Counted from the stretch's first letter, positions 1 to 8,598 are shown. The stretch is 40,283 nt of DNA from a virus (IMGVR_UViG_3300037313_001084:1-40283); one strand, 5' to 3'. Numbers and translations are program-made. The notes: generated from the letters alone by a model not told the origin.

Positions 1-252
1 ACCGCGCTTAGGAACTGTTCTCGTTGCGCAGCCGAGAGCCGTTCGATTGCTTTGATTTGATTCTGAATTGCGTCTGATGCCTTTTTAGATGCTAAGACTT
101 GCTTGTCCGCGCTCTTCTCGATTTCTACCGAGTAATTTGCAATCGCCGCTGTGAGAGAATCATAGATTTGGATCCTTGACTCAAGCGGCTTATTTTGAGC
201 TTCAGTGTCCTTGTTGAACTTCTCTTCAAGGTTAAAGAGACTGTCGAAGTCC
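1..252. repeat. Terminal direct repeat, copy 1 (circular overlap with 40032-40283)
   Basis: Base-by-base match to 40032-40283 except 128 C/40159 T and 164 A/40195 T. Confidence 0.97.
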
Positions 253-1211
253 ATATCCTTGAAGCCTTTGACTACGGCTGAGATCACTTGAGGTAGAACC
301 GTAAAGTGCCTGATTACGGTCTGGATTGTATTGACAACAAACGTAAGCACCTTATCAAGAATTTCGACGAACTGGATGAGGATACCGATCGAGTTCACAA
401 GCGCAAGAACGCCAGTCTTGGCCATTGACCTCAGTGTACCATCGTTATCCTTTAGGACTTTTCCTAGCTCTTGAAAGAGACCAGTCGAGCCCTTAATGGC
501 TGCAAGAACATACGCATTTTGAGTAATGTATCCGCCCAATGACTCGAGGAGATCGTCGAAGGCGTTCTTTGCTTTAATAATGGAGCCCGCATAGGTGTTT
601 GATGCAGCCTCTGCAGCGCCTTTAAATCTAGTCGCCACATAGTCAATCGCGGCCCCTGCCTGAAGCTGTGCTGCAGACATGCTTTTCAAGGCGGGAACCT
701 GTTCGTTCAGCCTTCCTGCAGTTCCATCTAAGGTTTTTCCAAGGCTAGTAACTGCCTCATCAAGCGTAACTCCTGTAACAGAAGCGAGATCAGCAGCGGC
801 TTGAACAAGCTTCTTTGTCTGCTCATTCGTCGTTCCAAACGTTTTCGAGAGAGCAACGCTCTTAAGAACGGCTTCGTCCGTATAAGTGCTCGTGCGTTGC
901 ATCTGGGACGCAAAGTCTTCAAACCCCTTTGCAGCAGACGCCGAGTAGTCGCCGGCAAGCTTTAGGGCGACTTCCATCTTGGTTGTCGCGGCCTCGCTCT
1001 CGGCTGCAGCGCTTGTAATGGCCTCAAAGCCTCGGACAAGTTCGCGTGCGCTCAGAAAGGCGAACGCGGCCTTTGCGACAGTGTTGATCGAATTAAAGGA
1101 TTTCTCGATAGAGTTGAGGCTCTTGTTTGAGTCTGCGGCAAAGCTATTGAGGGACTTTAGAGCACCAGACACGTCTAAGGCGATCTTTAAGCCGACATCT
1201 TCTGTTGCCAT
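1..1211 (-). CDS. Tail tape measure protein, 5' part (continues across the circular join into 40031-39047; ~731 aa in total)
   Basis: ATG at 1211 directly after the TAA of the upstream ORF. Open frame MATEDVGLKIALDVSGALKSL... is Ala-rich and helical, runs off base 1 in frame with VSQNPFG of the 39047-40033 ORF, and follows the chaperone genes. Confidence 0.9.
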   Translation of the reverse strand, partial: MATEDVGLKIALDVSGALKSLNSFAADSNKSLNSIEKSFNSINTVAKAAFAFLSARELVRGFEAITSAAAESEAATTKMEVALKLAGDYSASAAKGFEDFASQMQRTSTYTDEAVLKSVALSKTFGTTNEQTKKLVQAAADLASVTGVTLDEAVTSLGKTLDGTAGRLNEQVPALKSMSAAQLQAGAAIDYVATRFKGAAEAASNTYAGSIIKAKNAFDDLLESLGGYITQNAYVLAAIKGSTGLFQELGKVLKDNDGTLRSMAKTGVLALVNSIGILIQFVEILDKVLTFVVNTIQTVIRHFTVLPQVISAVVKGFKDMDFDSLFNLEEKFNKDTEAQNKPLESRIQIYDSLTAAIANYSVEIEKSADKQVLASKKASDAIQNQIKAIERLSAAQREQFLSA

Positions 1212-1436
1212 TTATCTGCCCCCCTTCCCTGCGTTCATTTCTTCGCACTCAAGCCTATCAATCTCGGAATCAATCAGAACAAAGCAGTCTGCCTTCCATG
1301 CGCTCAGGCGCCGAATGTCGAAGTGGTAGCCCATCTTCGCAAGCCTGCGCCTCTGGTTGAACTCGGCCAAAAGCGGTGCGGCCTCGTTCGTAAACGGAAT
1401 CTCCTTGAATGCGGCCCGCACCTGGGCCTTGATCAA
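1212..1436 (-). CDS. Tail assembly chaperone C-terminal extension (lambda gpT-like), reached by -1 frameshift
   Basis: In the -1 frame of the upstream chaperone and open from the slippery site (AAA GTA GAG GCC TTG ATC...); lies between chaperone and tape measure. Confidence 0.8.
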   Translation of the reverse strand: MIKAQVRAAFKEIPFTNEAAPLLAEFNQRRRLAKMGYHFDIRRLSAWKADCFVLIDSEIDRLECEEMNAGKGGR

Positions 1437-1441
1437 GGCCT

Positions 1442-1807
1442 CTACTTTTTTGAGGGCCTAAAACCGTTCATCACCTGCATGGCGAGCTCGATCAGAATCG
1501 GGTCGCAATCCGGATCAAAAGTCAGGTCCTCAAAGCTTTTAAACTCAGACGCATCGGCAAGCTTTTTGAGCGCGACCTCCTTGATGAGGTCCATCTCTTT
1601 TACGATCTTGACCGCTTTTCTGATCGCTGGAAGCTGCTTTGCGCCAGAAAGCATTTTGCCGTCGGCGTCCATCTCAAAGCCTGCCTTCTCGATCAGCCCA
1701 TAGCGCTGATCGAAGTCAGGGCATTGAATCACGACGTGACCCTCAAAGGATGCGGCCTTATCGCCTTCGGATTTACAGACCTCTGGAACAAATTGAATCG
1801 TTGTCAC
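1442..1807 (-). CDS. Tail assembly chaperone (lambda gpG-like)
   Basis: Between tail tube and tape measure; ends TCA AAA AAG TAG. Confidence 0.8.
   Translation of the reverse strand: MTTIQFVPEVCKSEGDKAASFEGHVVIQCPDFDQRYGLIEKAGFEMDADGKMLSGAKQLPAIRKAVKIVKEMDLIKEVALKKLADASEFKSFEDLTFDPDCDPILIELAMQVMNGFRPSKK
1445..1451 (-). other. -1 programmed frameshift slippery heptamer A AAA AAG
   Basis: X XXY YYZ heptamer directly before the chaperone stop; the -1 frame joins ORF 1212-1436. Confidence 0.85.
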
Positions 1808-1831
1808 TTTCCTATCTCCTTAGTTTTTCGA

Positions 1832-3337
1832 TCAAACGAAGTTCAAATAAACTTCGCCATTACCGCTAGAATCCACGAATCCGTTGAGCGTCATTTTGAC
1901 GACGACCAAGCCGTCGAGATCATCGAGCTCAAAGTTTGAGATCGTGCAGGTCGGGATATAGAGGCATCCGCATTTACCGGCTTGCCAGTTACCGCCTGAC
2001 TTCGTTCCGAAGTTAAACAGAAACGAGGTGTCATCGTTTGCGCGGAAGCGCTTGAACTTGTCGGCTTCGTGGCGAGTGAGAAGGCCGGTGACATCAACCG
2101 AGACCTGGCGCTGATTGATCACTGAGCCCGACACGCCAGAGGCTGCCGAGATATCCAGGATATTGGATTTATTGTCGGTCAGTTTAAACGATAGGCTCGA
2201 CGCAGAGAATGCTGTCGTATCCGTTGCGCCGCCCAAAAGGACTTCGTTATCTTTTGCAACCAGCGGATCCGCGCTGTCATAGCTTGGCGTGTAAGGCGCT
2301 GCCCAGCTTTGTGCCGTAGTCGATGTATAGGTCAAAGCCCCGGTCGAGTCCGCAGCCGTTGAGAAGCCAATCTTGGACGCAATGGAGTTTGCGGTATTGG
2401 ATCCCGTGTTCCATTTCATCGTAAGCGTTGAGCCTGTGGATGTGATCGTGAACTTGCCGGTCGAGCTGCTGTAGGTGCAGGTAAAGGTATTCGAGCTACC
2501 AAGTGCGTTCATCGCGTCCTGAATTGCGGTCGCAAGCTCGATTGGATCGCGGTAAACCTTTGCCGTAATACTTGCGGCGCGCGTTGTCGCATTATCCAAG
2601 AAGTCGATGTACTTGGTCGATGACGTGATGTTGATCGGATTGAAGTGGTATTTCACGCCCTCAAGCGAGTATGAGCCCTGGATCAGATCGCCTGCCTTGA
2701 TGTCGAGTCCCATCTCGGTCACGCGCGCGCCTGCGATCATTTCAATCGCGCCGCCATTGCCGCGGTATTCCCAAACCGAGAGCGTTGGGTGACCGGAGTT
2801 GGCTGGCGAGTACATGACGGCCTTACCGAGACCGATTCCCGATGCCGGTGCGTTTGCGAGGTTAAACCCAAGATTTAGGTCATCGGTTGATACCGAGAGC
2901 ACTGGCCGGATAGAGTATCCGTTCGTCCCGTCCTTGACCAATAGGGCTTGGCCGCGCGTAAAGTTTGCGCCATTTCCGGTTCCAACCTTAACAACGCTCA
3001 CAGAGCTAGAAGATGCCGTGGTGTATTGGGTGCCGTTGACGGTCTCGGTTCCAAACGCGGCCTTCAGAAGCTTCTTATAGTTTGGCGCCGTGCCCTCAAC
3101 GCCGGAGTGCCTGAGATAGTGATTAAAGGACGCCTTAGGACTCTCAAGACCGGTGATCGGCTTGGCCTTACCGATCGAAGCCCGTATCTCAGCGCTCTCA
3201 AGCACGTTAAACGATGGCGAGAGCTTAAAGCCGTCTTGAAGAGCCACGAAGTCCGTGGCGCCCGATGGAATGACTGGCGTTCCTTCCGTCGATTCTTCCA
3301 TGATCGCCATGACTGAGTTTCTGGTTTGCTCTGCCAT
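1832..3337 (-). CDS. Major tail tube protein (501 aa) with an inserted domain
   Basis: Tail-tube-like N-terminus (MEESTEGTP) and C-terminus; synteny between terminator-like gene and chaperones. Confidence 0.8.
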   Translation of the reverse strand: MAEQTRNSVMAIMEESTEGTPVIPSGATDFVALQDGFKLSPSFNVLESAEIRASIGKAKPITGLESPKASFNHYLRHSGVEGTAPNYKKLLKAAFGTETVNGTQYTTASSSSVSVVKVGTGNGANFTRGQALLVKDGTNGYSIRPVLSVSTDDLNLGFNLANAPASGIGLGKAVMYSPANSGHPTLSVWEYRGNGGAIEMIAGARVTEMGLDIKAGDLIQGSYSLEGVKYHFNPINITSSTKYIDFLDNATTRAASITAKVYRDPIELATAIQDAMNALGSSNTFTCTYSSSTGKFTITSTGSTLTMKWNTGSNTANSIASKIGFSTAADSTGALTYTSTTAQSWAAPYTPSYDSADPLVAKDNEVLLGGATDTTAFSASSLSFKLTDNKSNILDISAASGVSGSVINQRQVSVDVTGLLTRHEADKFKRFRANDDTSFLFNFGTKSGGNWQAGKCGCLYIPTCTISNFELDDLDGLVVVKMTLNGFVDSSGNGEVYLNFV

Positions 3338-3353
3338 TTTTCATTCCCCCTGG

Positions 3354-3806
3354 TTAAGTCAGCGGCTCTAAGTACTGAGCCTGAAAGGTTGTGGTTAAAA
3401 TCAAAAACTGGCCTTTATCGGTGAAGACGGTGCCGATCCCGGAATCGCTCACGTAACTAATCATCGTGACTTGATCGTTAAGCGTTGAGTTGGATTCAAA
3501 GTCCTTGATGACCAGCATCTGGTCTTCCATGAGTTGTTTTTCAGCCGTGGCCTTCGTTGATGCGTCGGCCTGAAGTGCTTGAAAGCGCCTAGTGATCGTG
3601 ACCGAGAACTCGCGCCTGATGATCATCTGCCCGGCGTTCAGCCTGCTTCCAGATGCCGGACCAATTGCGACCGCATAGCCCAGCGCAAGATGCGGCTCGA
3701 TGTTCTTTTCGATCGCATAGGCGTTCGGAAGCCTCGCGTGGCTTGTGAGCACCGCCGCGATCCTTGCGATCATCTGATCGTATGCTGAGGAGATCCGCGT
3801 GCTCAT
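3354..3806 (-). CDS. Putative tail terminator / tail completion protein
   Basis: 150 aa; immediately upstream of the tail tube. Confidence 0.55.
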   Translation of the reverse strand: MSTRISSAYDQMIARIAAVLTSHARLPNAYAIEKNIEPHLALGYAVAIGPASGSRLNAGQMIIRREFSVTITRRFQALQADASTKATAEKQLMEDQMLVIKDFESNSTLNDQVTMISYVSDSGIGTVFTDKGQFLILTTTFQAQYLEPLT

Positions 3807-4639
3807 CTTCCGCAGAACCTCGACAGAATGGGTTTCTCACACTCATCAAGCGCTGCATTCGCGTTTTGATCCACGCTATAGGCCTTAAGATCGATGGACT
3901 TCGCGTAGCGGGCCGCAGCTACCGCGCGATCTTTTGCCCGATCCTCGCCAAATGGTGTGTAAATGATTTCAGCGGTCTTATGGATCGACGCTTTTTGAAA
4001 CAGCGTCCAATCCAGCACCTGATCAGGAGAAATCAGTACGCCTTTTTCTCTAAGCTCCTGGATGATGTATTCAGCGGCTGAGATCGTTTGCTTGAGCCAA
4101 TCCGTTTTACCGGCCTCAAAAGCGGTCATGATGTCAGAGCGCACAAGCTCCGGGTACTCAACGCCTAGATGCGCGTCCGTTGAGAATTTATGCCCGACAT
4201 ACTTGATTGCGGTCGTGTTCTTTAGATCCGCGTTCACTGTAATTTTTACCAAGTAAAGATCATAGATCTTCGTGGTCGAGAGATCAGACATGTCAGCGGA
4301 CTTGGCTTGACGTGACCATGAGGACGCGTCACGATCAGGAACCCATGACAGGATTCCTGATTGCGCGAGACACACACCGTTCACCGCCGTCTGATCGATG
4401 ACCTCAGCAACAGGAACCCATGACGTTCCGCTCCAGGTGCTCACCGATATGCGTGCCGTCTGATCGTTTGGCGTTGAGACCTCGATATAGCGATGGTTGA
4501 ACGGAAAATCTGATCCGAGATAAAGAGCGCCAGCGGTTGTTAACGCAATAACAGGCGCATTCGAATGAATCTCACTGAGATCCACCGAGAGGTCGGTCAG
4601 CGACGCTGTTTTAAGCAGTACTCGGTTGTTATGAAGCAC
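3803..4639 (-). CDS. Putative head-tail adaptor with N-terminal beta-rich domain
   Basis: Follows capsid genes; helical C-terminal third resembles head-completion adaptors; SD GAGGAG. Confidence 0.5.
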   Translation of the reverse strand: MLHNNRVLLKTASLTDLSVDLSEIHSNAPVIALTTAGALYLGSDFPFNHRYIEVSTPNDQTARISVSTWSGTSWVPVAEVIDQTAVNGVCLAQSGILSWVPDRDASSWSRQAKSADMSDLSTTKIYDLYLVKITVNADLKNTTAIKYVGHKFSTDAHLGVEYPELVRSDIMTAFEAGKTDWLKQTISAAEYIIQELREKGVLISPDQVLDWTLFQKASIHKTAEIIYTPFGEDRAKDRAVAAARYAKSIDLKAYSVDQNANAALDECEKPILSRFCGR

Positions 4640-4644
4640 TCTCT

Positions 4645-4696
4645 ATCTCCTCAGATGAGTCCGGACGAGAGAGGAGATTCACTCCCGCCCGAACCC
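4645..4696 (-). promoter_or_regulatory. Leader hairpin whose loop is complementary to the downstream SD
   Basis: 15-bp stem (4682-4696 with 4657-4671, includes G-U pairs); loop AUCUCCU complementary to SD AGGAGAU at 4645-4651. Confidence 0.55.
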
Positions 4697-4720
4697 AGCG
4701 TTTGCTCTCGCGGGCAAAGC

Positions 4721-5116
4721 TTAGAACTTCGAGTACTCGATCAAGTACTTGATCTTCCCAGCGGTGAGCGCCGCCGTGCCGATCGTTTGAATGATCTTGG
4801 CGCCAGAAGCGAGCTTGTAGCCGCCGATTTTGGAATCGACGACAACTCCAGCAGTCAAGGATGCCTTGCCGGTCTGGGCCACGAGTCCTGCGGTATCGCC
4901 CGACTTGCCGACCTCAACCGTTGCAGCACCACCGGAAGTTACGGCGGTCACGACTTTTGCGGTCACTCGATGAATCACGAGGTCTGCATCAGCAGTGAAG
5001 AGATCGAGAGCGCCCGCGGCGCCACCATCGACAGAGTAGTCGTAGGTGACTTCACAGATTTCCATTTTTCCGCTCCAGCCTGCGCCAGAAGTTTTTGCAT
5101 TAGATACGGCAGCCAT
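4721..5116 (-). CDS. Putative capsid decoration / cement protein
   Basis: 131 aa, Gly/Ala/Thr-rich and beta-strand-like; just downstream of the capsid gene. Confidence 0.55.
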   Translation of the reverse strand: MAAVSNAKTSGAGWSGKMEICEVTYDYSVDGGAAGALDLFTADADLVIHRVTAKVVTAVTSGGAATVEVGKSGDTAGLVAQTGKASLTAGVVVDSKIGGYKLASGAKIIQTIGTAALTAGKIKYLIEYSKF

Positions 5117-5280
5117 TATTTCTTCCCTTTCTTCTCAGCCTTTGGAGACTCAGGAAGTCTCACCCAGGCAAAATGTTTTTGTTGGATCGAGTAGATTGCG
5201 ACGATTTGAGCGGATGGCCCGAGATCATTGAGCTCTTTCTCAAGCTCTTGTGCGTCCAGGTTGCTAATGAGCTTGATCAC
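5116..5280 (-). CDS. Small hypothetical protein (54 aa, MIKLISNLDAQELEKEL...KKGKK)
   Basis: Translated by hand; fills the gap and its stop overlaps the next start (TAATG). Confidence 0.65.
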   Translation of the reverse strand: MIKLISNLDAQELEKELNDLGPSAQIVAIYSIQQKHFAWVRLPESPKAEKKGKK

Positions 5281-5303
5281 GGAGCCATCCGTTCAGTTAA
5301 CCG

Positions 5304-6188
5304 TTAGGCCATCACGACAGACGTTGCGGAGCTGTCTGCCACGATAAGCTGATGCTTCTTCGAGCCGTCGATTCCGAGCTTCGCGCCATAGATGAAGTCC
5401 ACGGACAACAGATAGCCAAACTTCTTCTGAGCATGCAGGCTGGACAGCTGGAATGTCGGCTGCGTTTGCATGCACAGATAGAGGAAGTCAGGGTGGAAGA
5501 CCACGGACTGGTCGGTCGCAAGCGAGTCGTCCTCAAACCAGTTGATGCCGAAGCGCTTATTGGCGATCTCGCCGCCAACGACAGGAGCTTCGCCGTCAAC
5601 ATAGTCCTTGGAAGTCAAGGTCTGGGCGTTCAGCATGTCGTTGTAGTAGGAAGGATCCAAGGCGCCATACCATGGCTTATTTTTCATCCAGTGCGCCTGC
5701 GCAGCGCGCATGCGGGCAGCACTTGCCTGAGTTGCGTCGAACGAGCTCACTGAGTTGATAATGTGATCAGGACTCGATGCGCTTGGAGCGACAAGGGAGT
5801 AAAGAGATTTATTCAGGCGGCGTTGGCAGGACTGAAGGAGTCCGGTGCGAATCTCGCTGTCCTTTGATCCGATCTGAGACTGGAGTTTCGCGAGGTCGGT
5901 GATCTCAACTGCCACGACGATACGCTTGTCAGCATTGACTGCTACGCGAGCCGTGCTCAGGGCAGAAGAGTCGAAGGTGTCGGCATCGGTTCCAACCGTG
6001 CGCTCTTGAGCGTCAGGGATGATGAGCTGAGAGACGTAAACCGTGTCGCCTTCGTTCTGAATCTGACCTTCGTAATCGCGACTGACAAGAGCAGGAAGCT
6101 TAGCGGTCGCTTTCAGCTCAGGCATGAAAATCGGTGCCCAGAACTTCTGGATTTGGTTTGTAACTTGAGCTAAATCGGTGACGGCCAT
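5304..6188 (-). CDS. Major capsid protein (HK97 fold, P22-coat-like), 294 aa
   Basis: Follows scaffold; motifs LVSRDYEGQIQNEGDTV and DFIYGAK; ATG 6188 preceded by GGGGGA SD. Confidence 0.85.
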   Translation of the reverse strand: MAVTDLAQVTNQIQKFWAPIFMPELKATAKLPALVSRDYEGQIQNEGDTVYVSQLIIPDAQERTVGTDADTFDSSALSTARVAVNADKRIVVAVEITDLAKLQSQIGSKDSEIRTGLLQSCQRRLNKSLYSLVAPSASSPDHIINSVSSFDATQASAARMRAAQAHWMKNKPWYGALDPSYYNDMLNAQTLTSKDYVDGEAPVVGGEIANKRFGINWFEDDSLATDQSVVFHPDFLYLCMQTQPTFQLSSLHAQKKFGYLLSVDFIYGAKLGIDGSKKHQLIVADSSATSVVMA

Positions 6189-6299
6189 GAGAGTCCCCCA
6201 AATGGAAAAAGGTTCAATCGTTAATCGATCGTTCCGATTCCCCACCGGGGTCCTGGTGGGCCGTCACCGACAGCCCGAGATCTTGTTTACTTCAAATTT

Positions 6300-6908
6300 T
6301 CAGAGCGTTTTAGGATCCACGTCCTTCATTCGCTCTTGCTGCTCTTTCAGAGGAAGCTTTAGCCACTCATCATAGGAGAGTGTCGTACTTCCGCCGCGTG
6401 GCGCTTCATTCGGGAGTTTCCCGGTGCCGGGACGCTCAATGAGTCGTGAGTGTTTGGCCTCAAACTCCTTGACGTACCTTGCCACTGAAGCGTCATCGAC
6501 TTTTCTTGACTCCGGATCCATCGCGATCTTCGAGAGATCGATCAGGCCCCAGTAGTCTTCACTGATCTCGCCACCAATCTTTTTCATGAAAGCATGGCGT
6601 TTAATCGTATTGTTGACGCCGGAGTCCAGCGTCTCATACTTAGCCTTCAAATCGTCTGCCTCAGCCTTTGCGGACTCATAGAGTGTTTTAAACTCTTGTT
6701 TTGCCGCAAGATCAGCCTCTTCCCGCTTCTTCGCTTCAGCTTCAAGCGTCGCAAGACGGTCTTTGGCAGTCTTCGCTTCTTTCAAAACCTTTTGATAGGT
6801 CTCGTAGGAAACTTGGTCCTTGGATTCAGTCGAATTGTTAGATTTGTTTTCGCCAGCCCCACCGGAGCTGTCGTCGGTCCCACCGGGACTCTTTGGATCA
6901 GTACTCAT
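6300..6908 (-). CDS. Capsid scaffolding protein
   Basis: Disordered N-terminus, long charged coiled coil, short C-terminal helix; directly upstream of capsid. Confidence 0.8.
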   Translation of the reverse strand: MSTDPKSPGGTDDSSGGAGENKSNNSTESKDQVSYETYQKVLKEAKTAKDRLATLEAEAKKREEADLAAKQEFKTLYESAKAEADDLKAKYETLDSGVNNTIKRHAFMKKIGGEISEDYWGLIDLSKIAMDPESRKVDDASVARYVKEFEAKHSRLIERPGTGKLPNEAPRGGSTTLSYDEWLKLPLKEQQERMKDVDPKTL

Positions 6909-6917
6909 ATTGTGTCC

Positions 6918-7424
6918 TCATCTCCTTGCTTTTGTCAACGCTTGGGCCAAAAGTTTTTTGAGATCGCTTTTGATCGCATCGTTGACTCGTTTCACTTCGA
7001 TCTTGGAAAGATTGTTGAAGGGCCTGCCTGCATAGGTCACATATGCCGCAACGTCCTCATTCTTCTTTCCATCATCACGGGTCCCGCTTGGACCCACGAA
7101 TGCTTCGCCCTCGCCCACCGATGTCACGCCTTGGCTATCGAGCATCTGGCCGGTCCGGGTTAGGTTTGATTTTCCAGGCGAGGTTTGATCACTGAGCTTG
7201 CCCTCTTTCTGGAGTGCTTTTCTCTGCTTTTTATACCGATCAGATAGAGATTTAAGCGCGGTCTTCTCCGCGCCATCGCGCTCAACCCCTTGGCCGAGTC
7301 TGGTTCTAAGCTTGATCATCGCAGCGGCCTGCTCACCGTACTTGCGCATGTTGCTGGGCCGAATCAGCTCCCGGAAGGCCTGGGTTAGAGCTGTCGTGTA
7401 TTTGGAGAGCTTGTTATCCGCCAT
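6918..7424 (-). CDS. Virion morphogenesis / neck protein (HK97 gp10 / Mu gpG-like)
   Basis: Motifs LSDRYKKQR, NLTRTGQML and GRPF. Confidence 0.6.
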   Translation of the reverse strand: MADNKLSKYTTALTQAFRELIRPSNMRKYGEQAAAMIKLRTRLGQGVERDGAEKTALKSLSDRYKKQRKALQKEGKLSDQTSPGKSNLTRTGQMLDSQGVTSVGEGEAFVGPSGTRDDGKKNEDVAAYVTYAGRPFNNLSKIEVKRVNDAIKSDLKKLLAQALTKARR

Positions 7425-7782
7425 TCGTCCCTCGCGCAGAACTTGGCGTCAGATAGGTCACCACGGCATTGTTCTTAATCACAAATCCATCGACCCTGAT
7501 GTTCCCAATTGCACCAGAAAGCTTTTGTCTGAGCTCTTCTCGAATCTGCTCCATGGGAAGACCATGATATCTCTCGGCGTACCTGACGAGAGCATGATCG
7601 GTTACGGCGATTTCCCTGGGCTGAAGCTGAGACAGCTGGTGCAGCAGCTGCTTAAGCTGAGTCTTGGTGGCGCTTATCTTTGCCGCCATATCGGTCGTGA
7701 TCTGCTCTGACTCCCGGATTTCTCTTTCGAGTGCCGAGATCTTTTTTTCCAATTCTTTGACTCTCTCTGTCTTATCCGCCAT
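7414..7782 (-). CDS. Hypothetical coiled-coil protein with VTDHALVRYAER motif (122 aa)
   Basis: Start MADKTERV at 7782 with SD GGGGGAG; overlaps both neighbours. Confidence 0.7.
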   Translation of the reverse strand: MADKTERVKELEKKISALEREIRESEQITTDMAAKISATKTQLKQLLHQLSQLQPREIAVTDHALVRYAERYHGLPMEQIREELRQKLSGAIGNIRVDGFVIKNNAVVTYLTPSSARGTNGG

Positions 7783-8335
7783 CGTCTTCTCCCCCCAACG
7801 TAGGAAGAACAGGAGACGGATTCTTCTGCGGTCCGAAAAGATCAAGGCCCGAGCTGATCGCATCTCCAAAGCTTCGCAAGTGATCGCGCTTTGCCTGATC
7901 ATCAAGCGGGAACTCTTTTAAGATCGTGCTCAAATCTTTTTTGGTGAGCCCTAAGATATCGCGCTTAGGACCGACAGGATGAGAATGCCCATAGGTTCCA
8001 CGGATATTGCCATCAGCAATGGCGTTCTCCTTTGACCCTTGTTCCCAGCCGATCCTAACCATGCCGTTCGCGGTCTCAAGAACGTCCAGGGCCGCAAGCG
8101 TATCGCCGCTTTGAGTAAAGTTAACGTCGCTTTTCGACTTGCCTGCGATCTTGAAATTGAGACTCTCCACATAGCTTTTTGAATAGGCAGGAAGCTCGTG
8201 GTTTCTCTTATCGAGATTCTTGTCTTTTACCCGCTTGCGAATGAACTCAACAATGGCCTCGCCAATCGCACGCCGCTCCGAAGGCGTATAGCCCTCAGGT
8301 ATCGGGATATCGATCTTCTGCCACTTGGTGCTCAT
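7772..8335 (-). CDS. Virion morphogenesis protein, probable paralog of 6918-7424
   Basis: Motifs IRKR...LPAYSKSY...VNFTQSGDTL...KRDILGL parallel those of 6918-7424. Confidence 0.55.
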   Translation of the reverse strand: MSTKWQKIDIPIPEGYTPSERRAIGEAIVEFIRKRVKDKNLDKRNHELPAYSKSYVESLNFKIAGKSKSDVNFTQSGDTLAALDVLETANGMVRIGWEQGSKENAIADGNIRGTYGHSHPVGPKRDILGLTKKDLSTILKEFPLDDQAKRDHLRSFGDAISSGLDLFGPQKNPSPVLPTLGGEDDGG

Positions 8336-8337
8336 TA

Positions 8338-8598
8338 TTAACCACGCCCCGACATTAACTTATTTAACTCTTCAGATAAGGCTGCAAAGTCTGGAACTTC
8401 GAGATCAAGCACCTGCTCTTTAGACAGATTGGAGCATCGGCGAATCAATTCCACCATGGACTCTTGTGCTTTTATTCCGCTGAATTCCAATCCGATGAAA
8501 TCCCGAACCGTCGGCGCTCGCAGGATTACGAGTTCGATCACTGCATTACGAAACAGACTGCTCACTTTAACTGGCTTCAAGAGTTTATGTGTGGGCAT
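8338..8598 (-). CDS. Tail-assembly-chaperone-like protein (Mu gp41 / P2 gpE type)
   Basis: Motif LRAPTVRD...LIRRCSNLS.EQVLDLEVPDFAAL. Confidence 0.55.
   Translation of the reverse strand: MPTHKLLKPVKVSSLFRNAVIELVILRAPTVRDFIGLEFSGIKAQESMVELIRRCSNLSKEQVLDLEVPDFAALSEELNKLMSGRG

Noticed and set aside
1-252. Both repeat mismatches are A in one copy on the coding strand, as in a DGR template/variable repeat pair
   Set aside because: No reverse transcriptase gene, only two sites, and the repeat sits exactly at the contig ends (circular overlap)
464-958. Short minus-strand ORFs suggesting a fragmented tape measure gene
   Set aside because: They are alternative frames; the true frame from 1211 is open to base 1 and was missed only because it has no stop in the window
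1442-1444. Genome-wide amber recoding suggested by the possible CUA anticodon
   Set aside because: Genes are intact under the standard code and the few TAG codons checked behave as normal stops
6189-6245. Longer capsid N-terminus (MGNRNDRL...) from the ORF track
   Set aside because: GTG start lies inside the leader hairpin; ATG 6188 has a clear SD and a typical capsid N-terminus
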